In this document: one piece after another, positions 11,601 to 22,300 of the stretch
Numbering within the stretch: the stretch's first letter is position 1
Layout of the letters: each line of letters begins with the position of its first letter
Source: a virus
IMG/VR virus record: IMGVR_UViG_3300028588_000016
Span: 64,001-128,000 of that record
Strand: one strand, 5' to 3'
Length of the DNA: 64,000 nt
Program-made: the position numbers and the translations under genes
The notes under the pieces: model-generated
Seen by the model: only the letters and a program-made list of their open reading frames with translations
What the model was told of the DNA's origin: nothing
Database searches by the model: none

Positions 11601-14600
11601 GCAAAAGATGATTTGATGGCTTCTAAAGTGAAATCTTTATATGCACCTACAACATCTTTATCTAATTCTATAGTTTGTACTTTAACGTCTTGTGTGTTAT
11701 CATTTAACTTTATACCGTTTATAAAAGGTGCTTTAATTAAAGATCCTTTCTTAGAACGAGATATCATCGTGTATAACATTTCGATAGAATTGAAAGTATT
11801 CAAGATATCTGTAAAGTTATTAGATTTTGCTCCGGGTTCTACGTCAATAATGATATTATCGTATTCTAAACCTTGAACGTGATCAGGACTTATAATAGTT
11901 AACCTTTGTTCAGCACCTGGAATAGAAGCAATCATTTTAACCAATGAAGCACTACCGTTAGGTTTATCTGTAATAAGTGCTACAGTATCAGTTGGATTTT
12001 TAAACAATGTTTCTAAATCTTTTTGAACTATATCTTTAACAAAATGTTCACCAACTAAACCTTTCTCGTCATCAACTGTAAAGTCAAAAGTAATACCTTC
12101 ATCCAATACTTTTTGAATCATACCGTAGTTCTTATTGTAAGTAGCAGTTTCTACTGTCTTACGCAAAGCTCTAACTAGGTTAATGTTTTTATTCTTAACG
12201 TTATTACGATTTCTAAGTGATTGACTTAAAACAGGAGTAATAACAGAATACATGTTACCTACGTTATCTGGTGAGATTATATCATTATATCCCTCTTTGA
12301 ATTTAACTGAATTACCTCTTTGTTCTCTATCTCCTACTAACAATAAAGTAATAGGTTTGTTAGAGTTTGCGTTGTGGTACTCAATAGCTTTGTCTAATAA
12401 TTGTAATTCTACACCTTTAATGTGAGTAGCCTCATCAATTACGATTACCGAAGGAACTTTACCTTCAAACTCGATAGTCTTAGTCTTATTAGATAAGAAC
12501 TTAGAAATTAGAGGATGGTTAGGGTTAAAGTTAATACCCGCATTAACCTCACCTTTACGATAAGCAATAGTAGACTTTGGATCTATATTAGTTAAGGCAT
12601 CTCCTACTGAGTAAGTAACTGCATTTACGTAACCTTTCTCTCCTGCGTAATCTGTTTCTATAGCAGTATAGAGTTCTTCACCTAATACTGTTTTAATTAA
12701 ATCAGAAACTAACTTTTGAGAGTTATAGATTGTTCCTACTGATTCTAGATTCTCTTTAAGATTCTCTCCTTGTTTTTCGTGAGGAGCAAATATTGCAGTA
12801 TCTAAACCATATCTTTCAGCTATCTTAGTAAGATAATACAAAGCAGAACTTGTCTTACCTGCTCCAGGAATACCGTATAATACGGAAACATTTCTTAAAG
12901 CTGGAAGAGCCATCTTACTTTTTAAATCAACTTTCTGTTTATCAGTTAAAGTTGTGTCAGGTACAATCATTATTTCAGTGATTTTCTTAAATGTATCCAC
13001 CGGAGACATTTTAGAAATCATGTGCCAATACATTTGTTTAAGAACGTGTTCTTGTCCAAAGAAAGGAGCATAAGGATCGTCTTTCAAGAAGTCTTCACCT
13101 TCTGTTAAGTTACCTGTAAAGTCTTTGTAGAATTGTTTAGGATCAATAGTTAAAGTTTGCGCTAAGTAAACTAACTCTTGTGCATGACCAATTCTACGAG
13201 TATTAGAAGAGAAATCTATAGTTTCAAATCCTTCTAATGTATATTTAGTTTTATCAAACGAATCAAAGATCTTGTTAAGAACATCTACCTTATTAGGTAA
13301 GCTATTAACAGCTTTAAAGTATGCTTGTTCAATTTTATCTCTTTCTGCACGAATAGATTTGAAGTTATCGTCTCCACTCTTTAAAGCAATCTTGTTAGTA
13401 CCATCAGTCTTTAATGCAGTTAAGTTATCTGCATACTGTGTAGCACTATCAAAAGCTGTGCGTATTTCTGACATATCTACACCTTGAGATTCTAAAGCTT
13501 TAAACGAGTCTGATTCTGGAGATAGCGACTCTAAATATAAAGTAGCCATTGTAGCACCAGTCATTTTCATTTCCCTTATACTTCCGTCTTGATTGAACTT
13601 ATGTAAGTTTAATAAGAAGTTAAGTTTAGCTTGAATTAGCTCAAGTGTTTGTTTAATATGTGCAGCATCGTAAGCTTCCAAAGTAGCTAATTCTTCGTGT
13701 TCGATATCTTCAGACTGAGCAGCTAAAGCATTTAACGCAGCATTGTAACCAATCTGTTTACCTTTAATTGGGCCTTCCCAAACAGTACTAGCGTCAACTA
13801 CAGCAGCAAGTTTAGTTATTAAGTTTTGTCCATATTCTAACTGATCTTGAGTTACTTTATCTTCAATGATGAAGTCTGTAGCAACACCTTTCTTAACTAA
13901 ATCTTCGAAAGTGTTATCCATTAAATCAATAAGATTTCCTAGACCTTCTCTTCCATCACGTTTAGTTAAAGTAGCTATAAGTTCGTAAACAGGATTCTTA
14001 GCTTTATTAACCATCTGTTGTTTAATCTCGTCGATTAAAATAACAGCTTGTTGTTTAGCTTCGTCAAGTAATAACTCACCATTCTCAGTAACACTTTGAG
14101 TAAATGCAGCTTCTAAAGTGTCCTTTACTGCTCTCAAGTAATGTTTTACAATTTCACCATCTGGCACCGCATCACCTTCATATTGATAAGCATCTTTAGC
14201 CATTTCAGCAAATCCAGGATTATTAACTACATCGTTAAGCTGAGCTACAGTTTCTGTATAGTTATAAGGATTTAGAGTATTGAACATTGCTTTCAAATCT
14301 ACACTAGTATAGGCTTTGATTGAGTCTATGTTAATACCACCAAAGTCAATAGGTGTATCTGAAATAACAGTACCGTAAGCCTCATTAAACATATTAGACA
14401 TAGACTTACCCCCGACTGTGTAAGGTGCGGTATAACGATTCTTAAGATAAGTATCAATTGCTTTATTAATATAAGGAGACTCTACAACATAATCCCTTAA
14501 TATTTCTAAATCAGGTCTATTAACGTCTTCTGTTACAATAGAACCTATATTTAAGGTATCTAGTCTACCGTTATCTAAAGAGTTAACATCGTCTTCTTTC

Positions 14601-17485
14601 TCCATCTTCAACATAGCTAAAGATGATTTCATAGATTGAGGTGTTACGAAAGCTTCATTCTGTCTAGCATATTCTGCCATAAACGGAATAGAAGAAGTAA
14701 CTTCATTATTAAGAGTATTAAACTCTTTCATTGTTTGACGAAGTTGATGACGTTTTTCTAATTTAACGTAATCATCATACTTGTTATTAAGGTCGTTCTT
14801 TTCTTCTGGTTCTAATGAGTCATAAGGCTTTCTATAATCTCTCATAGACATTGTATCCTTAGTATCTACTCCAAAAGGAACGTGGAAGTTTTTACTTACT
14901 GAATAAAGAGCTTCTTGTGTATAATCGTAGGCTTTTTTACCTGTGATTATGTTCATCATTTCTTCTCTCAATTCTTCAAGTCTACTGTTCAAAGTGTTTA
15001 ATTCACCTTTCTCAGTAATCTCTTCTGATTTAGTAGCATCTTTGGTGCCACCTGTTACTTTTAATATCTTAGCTTTAACATCTATGATGTCTTGTGTAAG
15101 TTTATCAATATCAGAAACTATACCGGTATGTAATTTATAATCAACAAAAGTTTCAGCTCGTTCATTGTAAACATCGTTTAAACGAATATCAGATTGAATA
15201 CCCTCTTGGAAAATTGCATCTTTAGCTAACTTGATCTCAGAGCTAATCATCTTATGAACAAAATCATTGTGAGACATGTCTCCACTATCTTCTGTCATAG
15301 GTTGATAATTAACATCATCTGTTAACTTATTCTCAGGTAAGTATTGTTTAATACTTAAAGCTTTACTTCCTAATTTACCATCTTTATATTGTTTGTCAAC
15401 TAAAGTTTGTAAAGTATCAGCATAACCATGACGTACTGCACTAGCTATTTCAGCCTTTAAAGTTTCAGGTAAGTTCTCATGAACATGTCCAGAAATCTTA
15501 TCTTGAACTCCTGCAATACCTCCACCCATTGCTCCACCTAATGCTGACATTAAGTAACGAGAACCGATATCATCAAAGCTAAAAGCTTCAGATTTATCTT
15601 TATCTGTAGAAGTAAGACCTAATGCACGCATACCGTTATAAGTTAACTTTAACGCATCTTGCATCATTTCTTCTGATACCTCTTCCATTCCTTCAGCTAA
15701 CATTTTACGTTTAACTGTAGAAATATCTCCTAAAGATTCTCCTAAAGATTTACCAATCTCTTTACCTTTATTAAAGAAAGACATCATTCTTTCTCTTGCA
15801 GAACGTTTAGCAACTTCTCCACCTGCACTACTACCAGCAGCGATTGCTTCTGATTCTAGAACCGCACCGACATTAGTAGCACCTTGAGCAATTATTTTAC
15901 CTTCTGCATCAGCTATCTTGTTGATAACTGGTTTAATATCTTTAACTCTATTAGCAAGAGTCTTCTTCATGAAACCACCTAGTTCATCTAATCCCATACC
16001 TTCCATTGCCCATTGAGCAAATTCAAATTTAGTCATGAATAAACCAAATCCTGCAGTAGTTCCTAGATATAAAGCAGCAGTATCACGTTCATCAAGTCCG
16101 TGTGCTTTAGCTTCTTCTACAACACCTGTAGCAGAGATACCTGACATGTAAGCTATACCTAAAGATTTAGATCCAATACTAGACCATTTATCCCATTTGT
16201 TAAGTACATCTACGATACCTGCATCTGCTCCCCACTTGTTACGTAATAGATTAGCTCTTTGTGAAAGTGCATCTTTTCCGGTAATACCTTTAAGAGCTTC
16301 TTTCATTTTACCTAATTCATCCATTCCATATTTCTGACTAGCAGCTGCGAAAGCTTCTGTTTCTTTTGCAGTTTGACCTAGAGCCAATGGAATTTTAGCG
16401 ATTAATCTTTGTTGAGCTAATTGTCCGAAAACATCACCTGCCATAGCAAATAAGTTTTCTTTATTGAAAGTAGACAATTTAGCTTCATCAGATACGCCTG
16501 TTTTAAATTTAGCTCCAAAACCTTGTAGAGTATTTGCAGCTTCGTATAATGAAGTATTCTTAAGATCGTCGTTTAAAAATAAACCTGCAGTAGATTTAGC
16601 CATTATCGGTAACAATTCTGTCATCAACTGATGACCTAAAGTTAAACCTGTGTACCATTGACCTACTCCTGGTAAAAACATAGGAACCACGTAAGCCGCT
16701 GTTTTAAAGATCGTGCCAGTAAGAGTTTTAGTCTTACTGTCCGAATCCATAAAATCCCATTTATTAGCTGAACTACCGTCTTCGGTTAGTACGTCAAAAG
16801 CACCTAAAGATTGTTTACCATATATTTCCCTATTACCTAGAGTCTCATAATAAGGCTTTCCAGCATCATTATACTTATACTCACCTTTACCGTGTTTAAC
16901 GTTTCTACCTAGATCGGCATCGTAATGTTCACCGTCTTCGTCATACTGTGCTAATACTGCACTCGGACTGAAGATAGTACCAAAAAATCCAGAATCATTT
17001 GGCGTATAATCTAATATATCACCACTTAAATGATCCTGTACTTTTTGAGTTTGTGCAATCTCACGAACTGTAAGATCGCTATCTGTTTTATTAGTAAACC
17101 CTAATATACCACTAACTTGTCCAAAAGGGTTTTTAACCTTATTGATACTCATTGTTTCTTTAAACTTCGGTGCATTCTTAGGAGCAGCGTAGTTGTTTTC
17201 GAAATAATAAGTATTATTCAATATGGTTGAATCATAGTCCTTCTTTGCAAAATCGTTGTAGGTCTGAGCAGCTACATCATAATGTTGTTTGAACTGTTTA
17301 TCGTCAAACTTACCTGTTGCAGTATCAGTAAACATCTGTTTAATTTTGTCATTTTCTCTGTAGGTCTTCTCATCAAGTAGCTGTGTATTCGATGGGGTTA
17401 GTCCCATTTGCTCGAAATCACCTAAAGTAAATTCAGGTTTTGTCGTCGAAGCTAACAACCAATCGTTTTTGCTATTATCAGGCAT
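8636..17485 (-). CDS. Giant virion cargo/ejection protein (2949 aa) with internal SF1 helicase-like P-loop domain
   Basis: ORF track. Motifs GIPGAGKTS, VIVIDEATH, LLLVGDREQ, VQGLEYD, YTMISRS. Gly/Ala-rich hydrophobic segments in the N-terminal quarter. Directly upstream of the RNAP gene, as in crAss cargo clusters. Confidence 0.8.
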   Translation of the reverse strand: MPDNSKNDWLLASTTKPEFTLGDFEQMGLTPSNTQLLDEKTYRENDKIKQMFTDTATGKFDDKQFKQHYDVAAQTYNDFAKKDYDSTILNNTYYFENNYAAPKNAPKFKETMSINKVKNPFGQVSGILGFTNKTDSDLTVREIAQTQKVQDHLSGDILDYTPNDSGFFGTIFSPSAVLAQYDEDGEHYDADLGRNVKHGKGEYKYNDAGKPYYETLGNREIYGKQSLGAFDVLTEDGSSANKWDFMDSDSKTKTLTGTIFKTAAYVVPMFLPGVGQWYTGLTLGHQLMTELLPIMAKSTAGLFLNDDLKNTSLYEAANTLQGFGAKFKTGVSDEAKLSTFNKENLFAMAGDVFGQLAQQRLIAKIPLALGQTAKETEAFAAASQKYGMDELGKMKEALKGITGKDALSQRANLLRNKWGADAGIVDVLNKWDKWSSIGSKSLGIAYMSGISATGVVEEAKAHGLDERDTAALYLGTTAGFGLFMTKFEFAQWAMEGMGLDELGGFMKKTLANRVKDIKPVINKIADAEGKIIAQGATNVGAVLESEAIAAGSSAGGEVAKRSARERMMSFFNKGKEIGKSLGESLGDISTVKRKMLAEGMEEVSEEMMQDALKLTYNGMRALGLTSTDKDKSEAFSFDDIGSRYLMSALGGAMGGGIAGVQDKISGHVHENLPETLKAEIASAVRHGYADTLQTLVDKQYKDGKLGSKALSIKQYLPENKLTDDVNYQPMTEDSGDMSHNDFVHKMISSEIKLAKDAIFQEGIQSDIRLNDVYNERAETFVDYKLHTGIVSDIDKLTQDIIDVKAKILKVTGGTKDATKSEEITEKGELNTLNSRLEELREEMMNIITGKKAYDYTQEALYSVSKNFHVPFGVDTKDTMSMRDYRKPYDSLEPEEKNDLNNKYDDYVKLEKRHQLRQTMKEFNTLNNEVTSSIPFMAEYARQNEAFVTPQSMKSSLAMLKMEKEDDVNSLDNGRLDTLNIGSIVTEDVNRPDLEILRDYVVESPYINKAIDTYLKNRYTAPYTVGGKSMSNMFNEAYGTVISDTPIDFGGINIDSIKAYTSVDLKAMFNTLNPYNYTETVAQLNDVVNNPGFAEMAKDAYQYEGDAVPDGEIVKHYLRAVKDTLEAAFTQSVTENGELLLDEAKQQAVILIDEIKQQMVNKAKNPVYELIATLTKRDGREGLGNLIDLMDNTFEDLVKKGVATDFIIEDKVTQDQLEYGQNLITKLAAVVDASTVWEGPIKGKQIGYNAALNALAAQSEDIEHEELATLEAYDAAHIKQTLELIQAKLNFLLNLHKFNQDGSIREMKMTGATMATLYLESLSPESDSFKALESQGVDMSEIRTAFDSATQYADNLTALKTDGTNKIALKSGDDNFKSIRAERDKIEQAYFKAVNSLPNKVDVLNKIFDSFDKTKYTLEGFETIDFSSNTRRIGHAQELVYLAQTLTIDPKQFYKDFTGNLTEGEDFLKDDPYAPFFGQEHVLKQMYWHMISKMSPVDTFKKITEIMIVPDTTLTDKQKVDLKSKMALPALRNVSVLYGIPGAGKTSSALYYLTKIAERYGLDTAIFAPHEKQGENLKENLESVGTIYNSQKLVSDLIKTVLGEELYTAIETDYAGEKGYVNAVTYSVGDALTNIDPKSTIAYRKGEVNAGINFNPNHPLISKFLSNKTKTIEFEGKVPSVIVIDEATHIKGVELQLLDKAIEYHNANSNKPITLLLVGDREQRGNSVKFKEGYNDIISPDNVGNMYSVITPVLSQSLRNRNNVKNKNINLVRALRKTVETATYNKNYGMIQKVLDEGITFDFTVDDEKGLVGEHFVKDIVQKDLETLFKNPTDTVALITDKPNGSASLVKMIASIPGAEQRLTIISPDHVQGLEYDNIIIDVEPGAKSNNFTDILNTFNSIEMLYTMISRSKKGSLIKAPFINGIKLNDNTQDVKVQTIELDKDVVGAYKDFTLEAIKSSFANLEDLGLSPTETRVTPKPSTTSGMSDLNQDEEFAKAGYSVVLKQASNEVEPTDLPVNIAGESIPVDQGETRPLTYTFHERLGVSVDKKNTIKDTQTNPIISGKDLAGFFELINDTELEEGMSINDPRITLARDQMKRLKTGLMAYSQKVQDGENAGKLANFLSANYAVHDKILSKLDFDKAALMLETKEYDHTVDASFELNSTNTPQGGGLISYLTMEIPLIKPVEGASPIVVFTISAFPNANNPNVASRKGVMATLGNIRDNHTRTAVNGRSYFYLKPDLTIEEVLKPTSNLYLRPSAEKSYKEFKQEHAHLNHSEPYIIMNSKIINQDDEVAQQLFANFNRGGVGPNNEVNTESSSLIGKAVVFVSLDKTIPKNELADRYRRQLNSQVERKLKGEAIDPDPGNIRMVVLNKKGVPFKDWLAKNVSISRSMTENNIDLKAQRRAYSNNFAAATMIGALVNFKRRAEYYKENGKPEEFRANLRLKPDLYGPKRLEKLISDVDSLLKNVLPILTGKTFNDIYATGGNNINAYLEANKSKIDDFVNKLFKDSPDAKTKAVEHFIASDLLTNINKFEKDNSLKTFKDVDGKALSLNIPNSALYNFVSAIRLTVAGGTFTNTAGVDQFVDGLFPSAFKSKEADSIEYDKFVTGLEDIISYKFPDGIHINPVIRTATADNRYVSDAPFVVPTGNIDDDFKVDVSIQTPTIYFNPDSIDFRPTDIVEEDKGVKVEQYKEVEQKVIDAIDERIPDTDVLSKISTAALATVTETHSLEADNLNDINNALKGGNAETHAASAVAETMAIVAEKVAELSDDVMTVNGIEVIVMPNTEHGVELLPLNSAASQHANGQLQEIGVPETNVTVEQTVTNKPGSTEKVREFSVTNADNGEIIATFAYENKQFTPVNYLGSLPTDLDIVGKAIAGTWLQEHYDAFTNMMNQPEYVKTYNVDMKLKAGKSYYLVGSYLKANGFETELSELSKAYDNLIKETKCN

Positions 17486-17502
17486 ATTGTTTAAATTATT
17501 AA

Positions 17503-19386
17503 TTATAATTGGAATTGAGAAATAACTCCTGCTGTTTCTGCAGGTTTCCTATTGAAGTTGTTTTGATTAAGTCCTGGAATACTGTTAGTAGGTTTAGTAG
17601 TAAGAACCTTAGCACCATCTGCTAAACGTGCAGAAACAGCTGAACCCGGTTTAACTTGTATAAAGATATTTCCTTGTAATACATCGGGAGCACTTAAGAA
17701 TCTAGGCAAGAAAGATTCGTATTCAGTAGGCTTAAGATCTGTACCATCTTTATCTGGACTTTCACCATTATATCTGTAAGATCTTTCGTATTGCTTTTCT
17801 AAGTTACCGTCAACTTTCTTAAGTAATCGTTTATCGTAGTTACTAGTACCTAGAGCACCATCGTTAACCATACCGTTAAACATTACAAACTCTGCTTTTT
17901 CTACTTCCGGTAAACCGTCTTGTCCCATTTGGAAACCTGCCGCTTCTATAACTTTTTGTCTAGCCATAGCATTAGGAATACTTTGAATTTCTTTCATTAC
18001 CTTATTGTATTTAGGCATTATATCGAAATTCGGTTTCATTCCTCCGTTACCATCCTTCATAGCAGGTACGTGAACTCTAATCATATCATCACCACCGTAA
18101 ACGATAGCATCTGCATAATTAGGATCAATTTTATTGCTACCCATGTACATGTTGTTAATATTAGCAATAGATTTAAGTTCTGGAATATTACGAATAGATG
18201 ATTGTCCAACAGGTTTACCATTACTCTGAATAGGTCCTGCAACAGCACCTAAAGCAGTTAATTGATCTCCATCTCCTAAATCTACTTGGATAATTTGAGG
18301 ATTACCCATAGAACCTTCGGATGCTTGCCAGTAACCTATATCACTAGTCAATTCATCTTCTGAACCTTTAGCAGGTTTATTAAGTGTAGTATCGTAATCA
18401 GCAGCGCTCTTGGTTTCCATAGACGACTTAGCTGAAGGGTTCAATAGAGATAAAGCATAACCCATAGCAGTTTCTTCAATAGATCCAGACTTAGCACCAG
18501 AGGCAACAGCTCTAGCTTTAAGTACTGATTTAGCACTATTAGAAAGATTTTGCCACATTGCACTAGCAGCAGCTTTAAGTTGTTTTTCGTTACTTTCAGA
18601 CGAAGCCATTTGCTCAATCTTGTAAACACCTTCTCTTGCCATACCTGCTAATTCTTGAGCGGCTTTCCTAATCTGAGGACCGTCAGCAGTATCTGCATAA
18701 AACGATCTACTTTCTGATTTAGAAGTTGAACCTAAATTAGCTAAAACGCTAGTTATTTCTTTCTTAATAGCTTCCATACCCATAGATGAGTTAAGAGCAT
18801 TAATAGAGTTTTTATCATTAACTAATAAAGGATTGTATTCTCTTTCGTTAATAAGTTCAGCATTAGTTAAAGCTTGATATTTTCTTTTACCGGAGTGCAA
18901 ATCGTTAGCATAGTCAGAGTGACTAATTTCAGATAGAGTTCCTGTAGTTATATCTTTAACTACTAAACCTCTAGCTGTAGTAGCAAATTCACCGAAAGCA
19001 TCTTGTGATTTTACTTTCTCTCTAGATGAGTCAAATTCTTGTTGGTTACGCATTAACATGTTAATCTGGCCAATATCGCCTTTCATAATTTGTCTAAGTT
19101 CTTGACCTTTATGCGTACCTCTTTCCATTTCACTCATTCCTGCATATGCTTCATATGCTTTATTCATCTGATCACTAAATGCCATAACATCGTTAGTAAG
19201 TCCGGCTCCTAATAGTTTAGTGACTATAGATTTATCTAAAGCGGGAGCAGCCGCTTGTGCAGTTGCTCCCTCTGTAGTTTGTGCCATAGGTGCAGGCGCT
19301 TGTGGAGCCTGCACTGGTAATGGCTGATAAACTGGAAACATTCCTCCAGCTTGATATTTATGTATCTTTGATTCGTTTACGTACAT
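17503..19386 (-). CDS. Putative virion cargo/internal protein (627 aa)
   Basis: ORF track. N-terminal KYQAGG motif followed by a Pro/Ala linker. Lies in the cargo cluster. Confidence 0.6.
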   Translation of the reverse strand: MYVNESKIHKYQAGGMFPVYQPLPVQAPQAPAPMAQTTEGATAQAAAPALDKSIVTKLLGAGLTNDVMAFSDQMNKAYEAYAGMSEMERGTHKGQELRQIMKGDIGQINMLMRNQQEFDSSREKVKSQDAFGEFATTARGLVVKDITTGTLSEISHSDYANDLHSGKRKYQALTNAELINEREYNPLLVNDKNSINALNSSMGMEAIKKEITSVLANLGSTSKSESRSFYADTADGPQIRKAAQELAGMAREGVYKIEQMASSESNEKQLKAAASAMWQNLSNSAKSVLKARAVASGAKSGSIEETAMGYALSLLNPSAKSSMETKSAADYDTTLNKPAKGSEDELTSDIGYWQASEGSMGNPQIIQVDLGDGDQLTALGAVAGPIQSNGKPVGQSSIRNIPELKSIANINNMYMGSNKIDPNYADAIVYGGDDMIRVHVPAMKDGNGGMKPNFDIMPKYNKVMKEIQSIPNAMARQKVIEAAGFQMGQDGLPEVEKAEFVMFNGMVNDGALGTSNYDKRLLKKVDGNLEKQYERSYRYNGESPDKDGTDLKPTEYESFLPRFLSAPDVLQGNIFIQVKPGSAVSARLADGAKVLTTKPTNSIPGLNQNNFNRKPAETAGVISQFQL

Positions 19387-19390
19387 TGTA

Positions 19391-22300
19391 TTAACCTTTT
19401 AAAGCTTGTTTAATCATTGCGTCGATACTCTTTGCTTGATTGGCAGATTCTTTTTTGTCCTCTTTAATCTTCAAAGATAACCATTTATTGTGATCTTTCG
19501 CAGTTTCTGAGAAAGCTTTTTGCGTTTGTTTGTACTCTTCCAAAGCAATTTTAGTTTCAGCAGTTAGTTTACCACCTGTTGCCATACTTACTTTCCTACT
19601 ATTATGGAATACAGTACCGTTAGGAGTAGCCATATTAGTTGCGTTAGGATTGTAGTTTATTAAACTAGGAATACTTTGATAGTTAAAATTAGGATTCTTC
19701 ATTAATTGCAATCTTAGTAATTGCTGATTTGTAGAAGCTTGTTGACCTAATGTTTTAATTCTTAAATATTCATCGTCAGCCTTCTTCTTAGCTACAGGAT
19801 CGGTACCTGCATTAGCTCTAGTTACGTTCGCTTGAGCTAACTCTAATTGTCCCATTAAATCACCATATTCTTTAGAGAATTTGCTATTCATGTTAAGACC
19901 TGCTATTTGAGAATCGTAGGCTTTATTACCTAATGCATCCATCCTATTCTGACTGTTCTGAGTTGCCCAGAAATTATCAACAGATTTATCCATAGCAATC
20001 ATCTTTTGGTTATTATATTGACGTTCAGTTTGCTCTTTAGTAGCTAAAGAATGCGCGTTCTGATTTGCTACTTGTTGTCTGCTTTGTGCGTAACCTTGTT
20101 GAAGTTGTAAGTTTCTAGCTTCACTTCTTGCAATAGATTCAGCATTAGCACCTGCTCCTTGCATACGAATATCTTCAGCTTGTTTAGCAGCACTAAGTCT
20201 GCCAGCTAAATTAATCATACTATCAGAAGTTCTACCTACACCTGCATCTGCCATAATACGAGCAGCTGATTTATCATAAGCGTTACTTAATAACAAATCA
20301 CCTTTAACAGGAGCACTTACTTCTGACATGTGAGTAGACATAGGAACTGTAACTCTTGTGTCTACACGTCTAGCAGTTTCTCTGTTAAATAATGCTCTAC
20401 CTAATTCAGACAAAGTATCTTTCTTGATATTAATACCAGGACTGGAAGCTACTATATTATTCAAACCGTTATCTACGACAGTTTTTGTAGCATCTATTCC
20501 TTTAAAACCACTAGGCATATTAGGATCACCTGTATTAAGAGAACCTATTCCTACACCAGAAGCACCTGTTAAACCTGCTCTTAAGTTGATTTTAAAAGGT
20601 ACATTAGGAGTAGTCTTAGCAGGAGTGTTAACACCTATTGCTTTCATAGGATCCCATTGAGGAACACTAGGAGTTATAGCAGGTAACATTAAAGGAGAAA
20701 CAGGTTTAAGGTTAGCATTAAGACTTTTGATCCAAGGTAGTTTAACACCTGTATCAGCTTTAATAATACCACCCTCTTTAAACTTAATAGAAGTTTTACC
20801 CTCATCCATAGCTTTTTCAACCATAGCAGTTAACTTCTTATTACCTAATATCTTCTTACTAATAGCATCATCTTTACTACCTTTAGTCGGATTGATAATT
20901 CTTTCTAAAGGAATCTCATGTGTCTTATTAGTAGATATATTTAAACTTTTCTTTAAGTTCTTAAGTTCCTTTTGGTTTAAAGACGCTTTCACCTTCTCAA
21001 CGCTTCCTACATTCTTAGGAGCATCTAAAGCTTCTTTAATACTTACTTGTTTCTTAGGTTGCATTCTTGCAACTTCCGAAATGTAGTCAGCGTTTCTAGT
21101 AGGATATTCTCCTTGGAAACCAGGCTTATACGCAATCTCTGTATTAACAGGGGTCTTATTGAATTTAGCATTAGCTTTACCTTGAAACAAGTTAGTTAAA
21201 CGTGAACTAGCAGTACGAATAGATTTCTCTTCTGCACTTAAAGGCGCATCTGGTGTACCTTTAATCCAGTTAGGAGAACCTTTTTCTGGTAACATTCTAT
21301 TAGGATCAGTAATCCTTGCGGCTGAACCTCCTGTTTTAGTTACTTCGCTAATTGGATCAGCAACGGCTTCTAATTCTTCTTTAGTAGGATTAGTGCTAGG
21401 AGAAGCTGCTCGAGCCAATAATTTTTGATCTGAATTTAATATAGCTTCAGTCTCAGGCTTTTTATACATACTTCTAAACGGCATGGTTTGAAAACGAGTT
21501 CCAGCTAAAGTAAAGAAGTTCTGATTAACTACTTTATCAGCACCTTTCATCTCAGGATTAGCTAAAGCAACACGTCTAATAGCTCTGTTCTTTAACCAAC
21601 CACCTATACCACCGCCAGTAGTTATTTCATCTAAAGACTCTTCTCCGAACTCACTAGAAGTTTTAAGTTTCTCTGTTCTAAAGAAGTCTTTAACATTTCT
21701 GTTAACACCAAATCCTTTAGGCAATTGTACATCAGCAGGTGTAACTACCGCATTAGGTTTCGACATCTTTGCCGCAATATGTGCTTTGGCTAAATCAATC
21801 TTTTGAGCAGAAGTCTTAGCATTGTTAATTGCAGTCATAGCAGCTTCATCTATTTCGTGAGATACGCCTTTTGCGTCCTTAATGAAGTTTTTAACTCCAC
21901 CTTTCGTAGTTGCAATAGCTTTATCCCATCCCATACGTTTACCGCTAACTACTCCTGTTAAACCGCCAACTAAAGCTTTCCAATCGTCCATAGTGGCATT
22001 AGAAGCACCTTCATCAACGATTTTCTTAAGAGCAAATCCTGCTTGTGTAGCACCAGATACAGCTAAAGCTTTACCTAACCAATGAGCGTTTTTAGCTAAA
22101 GCTTTTACAATCTTAGTACCTTTAAACCCAGTACCTGCAACAGGTATAAGAGTCGCTAAGTCCATAAGACCACCTACAGCAGCAGTACCTGCATCACCCC
22201 ATTGGAAACCATCTTTCTCTACATCAGCAGCGAAGTTCATTCCTGTAGCCGCTAGACCTAAACCTGCACCTACAGCATTACCCGCAGGGCCTGCAATAGT

